The position numbers and the translations under genes were made by a program. A stretch of DNA of 64,000 nt from Eledone cirrhosa (taxonomy: Eukaryota): assembly GCA_964016885.1 (NCBI GenBank), contig OZ024758.1, positions 25,544,001-25,608,000 of the forward strand, given 5' to 3'. Under the pieces are notes generated by a model that was given only the letters and a program-made list of their open reading frames with translations, had not been told where the DNA came from and made no database searches. Shown piece by piece: positions 59,365-64,000 of the stretch (the stretch's first letter is position 1; each line of letters starts with the position of its first letter).

Positions 59365-59860
59365 GATAGTAGAATCTGTAGAAAGTCGGACAAAAATCTT
59401 TACGGATTTCTTTATGACCATTTATAGTCTAAGTTCAAATCCCGGTGATGACGTCTTTTCTTTTCAGTAATCCGGGGTCAATAAAATAACAGTAAAATCT
59501 GCGAGTCGGTCTAGTCCGTATCTCGTCCACCATTGTAGAGTATCGGACAAAAAACGTTATGCCATTTAGAAACATTTACATTATGAGTTCAAATCCTACC
59601 AAAGAGCTTTTAAGTCTTCTGTGGTCGATAAACATCGCACAAATTCTGTCGTCTTCAGCCTAAGTCAGAAACTATAATCATGCAGACGATAAACTCGGTA
59701 GAGCGTTGATTAAAATAATTTCTAGTGTTGAGTTACACCCTCTACGATCTGAGTTCAATTCATGGTTCGATTGACTTTACCTTTCTACTTTGTGGGGTAC
59801 ATGAAATATATAATCATTCTTTCTAGAGGTCAGCAATTTCGGGAAGAGGGAATCGACCTC
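59365..59860 (+). mobile_element. Three old SINE A-like fragments
   Basis: Repeated GTAGA...TCGGAC...GTTCAAATCC pattern. Confidence 0.5.
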
Positions 59861-59904
59861 AGAGTGTGTGTGTGTATATATATATATATAAATATATATA
59901 TATA

Positions 59905-60425
59905 TAAAAATACGTATTTAAGAAAGCCACAACAATGCAAAGGGAAATCTCGAGGTAGGAAGTGAAATATAGATAGGAAAAACAGGTGAAAGTGAAAATT
60001 GAGAGAGACAAAGATGAAAACAAAACAAAGGTAGAAGGGTTACCGTAGTAGAGATTTAATCCCAATATTTCGGGCTCACGCCCATCAACGGGGGAAAAGT
60101 TCCAAAAGGGGGGAAACAGGCCAAGCGGAGAAAGTTGTGATGTCGTTAAGACAGGAATGCCGTCTTAACGAATTCCTGTCTTAACGACATCACAACTTTC
60201 TCCGCTTGGCCTGTTTCCCCCCTTTTGGAACTTTTCCCCCGTTGATGGGCGTGAGCCCGAAATATTGGGATTAAATATCCACTACGGTAACCCTTCTACC
60301 TTTGTTTTGTTTTCATCTTTGTCTCTCTCAATTTTCACTTTCACCTGTTTTTCCTATCTATATTTCACTTCCTACCTCGAGATTTCCCTTTGCATTGTTG
60401 TGGCTTTCTTAAATACGTATTTTTA
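59905..60425. repeat. Near-perfect inverted repeat, 254-bp arms, 13-nt loop
   Basis: Arms 59905-60158 / 60172-60425; mirror ORFs 59859- and 60265+ confirm the symmetry. Confidence 0.95.
60235..60270 (+). ncRNA. Variant minimal hammerhead-like motif (mirror copy 60060-60095)
   Basis: TCCC-CCGTTGA-t-GGGC gtga GCCC-GAAA-TA-TT-GGGA; topology intact, two core substitutions. Confidence 0.4.
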
Positions 60426-60462
60426 CACATTTCACAATGCTTCAAGCAAACTTTAACACCCT

Positions 60463-60526
<64 letters not shown>

Positions 60527-60529
<3 letters not shown>

Positions 60530-60708
60530 AAAGAAAGTATGGTAAGAAACCAGGTGGACCATAACGCACCAGAGTACTCGATACTTAGGGTAGTAGAGTG
60601 GGTAATAGGAAAATAGTCAGGACCCCGACGGCTGAGCTCCGACCGTTTCGACAGCTAGATGTAGCTGTTGAAACGGCCAGAGCTCAGCCGTCGGGGTCCT
60701 AACTATTT

Positions 60709-60712
<4 letters not shown>
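60527..60712. mobile_element. (TA)n-embedded element with terminal 48-bp fold-back; related copies at 25530-25690 and 57045-57140
   Basis: Shared GACCATAACGCACCAGAGTACTCGATACTTAGGGTAGTAGAGTG and GCTCAGCCGTCGGGGT segments. Confidence 0.7.
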
Positions 60713-60786
<74 letters not shown>

Positions 60787-60855
60787 GTTCCAGACGGAAG
60801 TTGAACCGTTGAGGTCTGATTCCTGGATATGTCACTATTTATAAAACAAACTTTG

Positions 60856-60916
60856 TATTTTATCTGATGAGAGCGTACCAAAGATTTGGTACCCTTGAAA
60901 TATATGTAATAGAAGA
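60856..60916 (+). ncRNA. Minimal type-I hammerhead ribozyme motif, unpaired copy
   Basis: TATTTTAT-CTGATGA-GAGc GTACCAAA ga TTTGGTAC cCTT-GAAA-TATATG-TA-ATAGAAGA. Confidence 0.68.
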
Positions 60917-60943
60917 AATATGGTTTTATAAATATAGTTTCCA

Positions 60944-61118
60944 TGGCAGTATCGGTAGAGGGTCGGACGCCATGCTTTCCAGCATAGTTACGTCCCTTTA
61001 CGATCTGAGTTCAAATCCCGCCGAGGTTGACTTTGCCTTTCATCCTTACGGGGTCGATAAAATAAAGTACCAGTAATGCACTGGGTAATTTCTGGCCTTG
61101 TGCCTAAAGTAGAAACAA

Positions 61119-61120
<2 letters not shown>
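60944..61120 (+). mobile_element. SINE family A
   Basis: Near full-length copy abutting the hammerhead element. Confidence 0.85.
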
Positions 61121-61156
<36 letters not shown>

Positions 61157-61433
61157 ACAAATTTATGTAATGCCTGAATGCACGCAATTCTAGCGTGTAT
61201 CTTACACTTTGAAAGTAGTATATGACTGTAGACTCCACACCTCCCGGGTTATTTGGGGGGGTAAGTCGTGGCTGAGATATCCTAAGTTGTTACTTTTATT
61301 GGGCACGACATTTCTCAAAGATTCCCTGAAGATTTTCTTTGAGAGCTTCAGCACCACCCAAAAATATACAAGACACATTCTTGTTTTTATGTTATCTCAG
61401 TTGTTATTGCTGTCATTATGTGATAAACGGATA

Positions 61434-61528
61434 AAGGTTAACTTTGCCTTTCATCCTTACGGGGTCGATAAAATAAAGTACCAGTAATGCACTGGTTAAT
61501 TGCTGGCCTTGTGCCTAAAGTAGAAACT
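61434..61528 (+). mobile_element. 5'-truncated SINE A with TSD ATTATGTGATAAACGGAT
   Basis: 18-bp direct repeat on both sides. Confidence 0.8.
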
Positions 61529-61639
61529 ATTATGTGATAAACGGATGGCTAAAACAACAACAAAAGGAACAAACGGATAATTAATATCAAAGTGATTTAG
61601 AATCAAAATTGAGATTAAGCGCGTCTGTTTTGGCAATGG

Positions 61640-62044
61640 GATTTAATAAATAATGACAAATATCTAATTAAAACTCTAATACAATGAAATGAGATGAAGA
61701 AATAAAATGACTAAAAGACAAAACACAGGATAAACATCTGAATCATTCGCCTTTTTATCTTCTACTCCTAACTTTTCTTTATTTTACAATAATTCAAATA
61801 AAAATGTTTCTACTTTTGGCACAAGGCTAGCAATTTCCCAGTGTATTACTGGTACTTTATTTTATAAATAATGATTTAATGGATTTAATAAATAATGACA
61901 AATATCTAATTAAAACTCTAATACAATGAAATGAGATGAAGAAATAAAATGACTAAAAGACAAAACACAGGATAAACATCTGAATCATTCGCCTTTTTAT
62001 CTTCTACTCCTAACTTTTCTTTATTTTACAATAATTCAAATAAA
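61640..62044. repeat. Direct duplication of about 165 bp separated by a SINE tail fragment
   Basis: GGATTTAATAAATAATGAC...AATTCAAATAAA at 61640-61803 and 61881-62044. Confidence 0.9.
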
Positions 62045-62069
62045 GAAGATGGCAAGTTGGTAAAAAAAA

Positions 62070-62255
62070 AAATGTTTCTTCTTTTTGGCACAAGGCCAGC
62101 AATTACCCAGTGCATTACTGGTACTTTATTTTATCGACCCCGTAAGGATGAAAGGCAAAGTTAACCTCGGCGGGATTTGAACTCAGAATGGCAAGGGCCG
62201 TAACTCTATGCGTCAAAGCATGGCGTCCGACCCTCTACTGATTCTGCCAATCCAC
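62070..62255 (-). mobile_element. SINE family A
   Basis: Full-length reverse copy. Confidence 0.85.
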
Positions 62256-62291
62256 AAAATAATAAAGCGATCAACTAAATGTTTTACATTA

Positions 62292-63745
62292 AGGTAGAGC
62301 GCCGGACAACATGCTTTGTGCGGTATATAGAGCAAAGTAAATGTTGGATTAGCATCATCATCATCATTCGTCGACTACTGTCGAGATGATGGATCTCACT
62401 CTCATGCCCCAGAAATCCCTGTTCCCCATCGCTGCCCCAGGTCCTGTCTACTGATTCCCGTATCACTAGAGATAACGTCAGGGAATGACAGCTTCCTACT
62501 CCTAGTCAGGCTGGAGTCAGGGTTCCAGAGCAAGAGAGCGGATATGATTTCATTGCTGGCACGGTGACAGTGGCCAGCAAATTGAGCTCTCCGGGATTTT
62601 AGAAGGGCAGAGGCTCGAGGGAGTTTGCCATAGATTAGCAGTATCGGTAGAGCGCCGGACACCATGCTTTGTGCGGTCTATAGAGCAAAGTAAATGATAG
62701 ATTAGCAGTATCGGTAGAGCGTAAGACACCATGCTTTGTGCGGTATATAGAGCAAAGTAAATGTTGGATTAGCAGTATCGGTAGAGCGTCAGACACCATG
62801 CTTTGTGCGGTATATAGAGCAAAGTAAATGTTGGATTAGCAGTATCGGTAGAGCGTCGGACAACATGCCTTGTGCAGTATATAGAGCAAAGTAAATGTTG
62901 GATTAGCAGTATCGGTAGAGCGTCAGACACCATGCTTTGTGCGGTATATAGAGCAAAGTAAATGTTGGATTAGCAGTATCGGTAGAGCGTCAGACAACAT
63001 ACCTTGTGCGGTATATAGAGCAAAATAAATGATAGATTAGCAGTATCGGTAGAGCGTCAGACAACATGCCTTGTGCGGTATATAGAGCAAAGTAAATGTT
63101 GGATTAGCAGTATCGGTAGAGCGTCAGACACCATGCTTTGTGCGGTATATAGAGCAAAGTAAATGTTGGATTAGCAGTATCGGTAGAGCGTCAGACACCA
63201 TGCCTTGTGCGGTATATAGAGCAAAGTAAATGATAGATTAGCAGTATCGGTAGAGCGTCGGGCACCATGCTTTGTGCGGTATATAGAGCAAAGTAAATGA
63301 TAGATTAGCAGTATCGGTAGAGCGTCAGACAACATGCTTTGTGCGGTATATAGAGCAAAGTAAATGATAGATTAGCAGTATCGGTAGAGCGTCAGACAAC
63401 ATGCTTTGTGCGGTATATAGAGCAAAGTAAATGATAGATTAGCAGTATCGGTAGAGCGTCAGACAACATGCCTTGTGCGGTATATAGAGCAAAGTAAATG
63501 TTGGATTAGTAGTATCGGTAGAGCGTCAGACAACATACCTTGTGCGGTATATAGAGCAAAGTAAATGATAGATTAGCAGTATCGGTAGAGCGTCAGACAA
63601 CATGCCTTGTGCGGTATATAGAACAAAGTAAATGTTGGATTAGCAGTATCGGTAGAGCGTCAGACAACATGCCTTGTGCGGTATATAAAGCAAAGTAAAT
63701 GTTGGATTGGTAGTATCGGTAGAGCGTCAGACAACATGCTTTGCA
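62292..63745 (+). repeat. 67-bp minisatellite (about 17 units) derived from the SINE A head
   Basis: Unit GATTAGCAGTATCGGTAGAGCGTCAGACAACATGCTTTGTGCGGTATATAGAGCAAAGTAAATGTTG; last unit continues into a full SINE. Confidence 0.95.
62355..62631 (-). mobile_element. RTE-like LINE 3' fragment inserted in the 67-bp array
   Basis: YGKLPRASALLKSRRAQFAGHCHRASNEIISALLLWNP...SFPDVISSDTGI; (ATG)n tail; TSD GATTAGCA. Confidence 0.75.
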
Positions 63746-64000
63746 GCATAGAGTTATAGCCCTTTACGTTCTGAGTTCAAATCCCGTTGAGGTTAACTTT
63801 GCCTTTCATCCTAACGGGATCGATAAAATAAAGTACCAGTAATACACTGGGGTAATTGTTGGCCTTGTACCAAAAATAGAAGCAATTATTTACGTGGATT
63901 GTCAGTAATAGGTAGAGCGTCGAACAATATGCTTTACGCGGCATATAGTTACGTCCCTTTACGTCCCGAATTCAAATCCTACCGAAGTTAGCTTTGCCTT
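63703..64000 (+). mobile_element. SINE A (63703-63888) followed by a second copy cut by the window end
   Basis: box B and core present. Confidence 0.8.

Overview
AT-rich animal DNA, inferred to be cephalopod (Octopus-like) from its SINE/RTE repertoire and abundant (TA)n. The only host gene is the 3' part of an ADAMTS9/20 (GON-1-like) metalloprotease on the + strand. It has 11 GT-AG exons from 1868 to 42540 that join in frame: seven TSP1-repeat exons and four GON-domain exons. The final GON exon(s) are not visible, and a 200-N gap lies at 44099-44298. The rest is repeats: tRNA-derived SINEs, RTE and CR1/L2 LINE fragments, piggyBac-, hAT- and mariner-type MITEs, a Helitron end and large micro/minisatellites. 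The long ORFs in the track are repeat artefacts. Three signals stand out. (1) Short elements sit in or beside (TA)n tracts and carry minimal type-I hammerhead-ribozyme motifs, often as near-perfect 110-250 bp fold-backs, with compensatory stem-II changes between copies; they are probably Penelope-like element termini. (2) Three independent tandem arrays arose from pieces of transposons: a 6.3-kb 35-mer array from RTE reverse-transcriptase coding sequence, a 60-mer array from a CR1/L2 C-terminus, and a 67-mer array from a SINE Pol III head. (3) Dense intronic inverted repeats surround the symmetric exons. Everything was read by eye; repeat boundaries are approximate and family names were not checked against databases.
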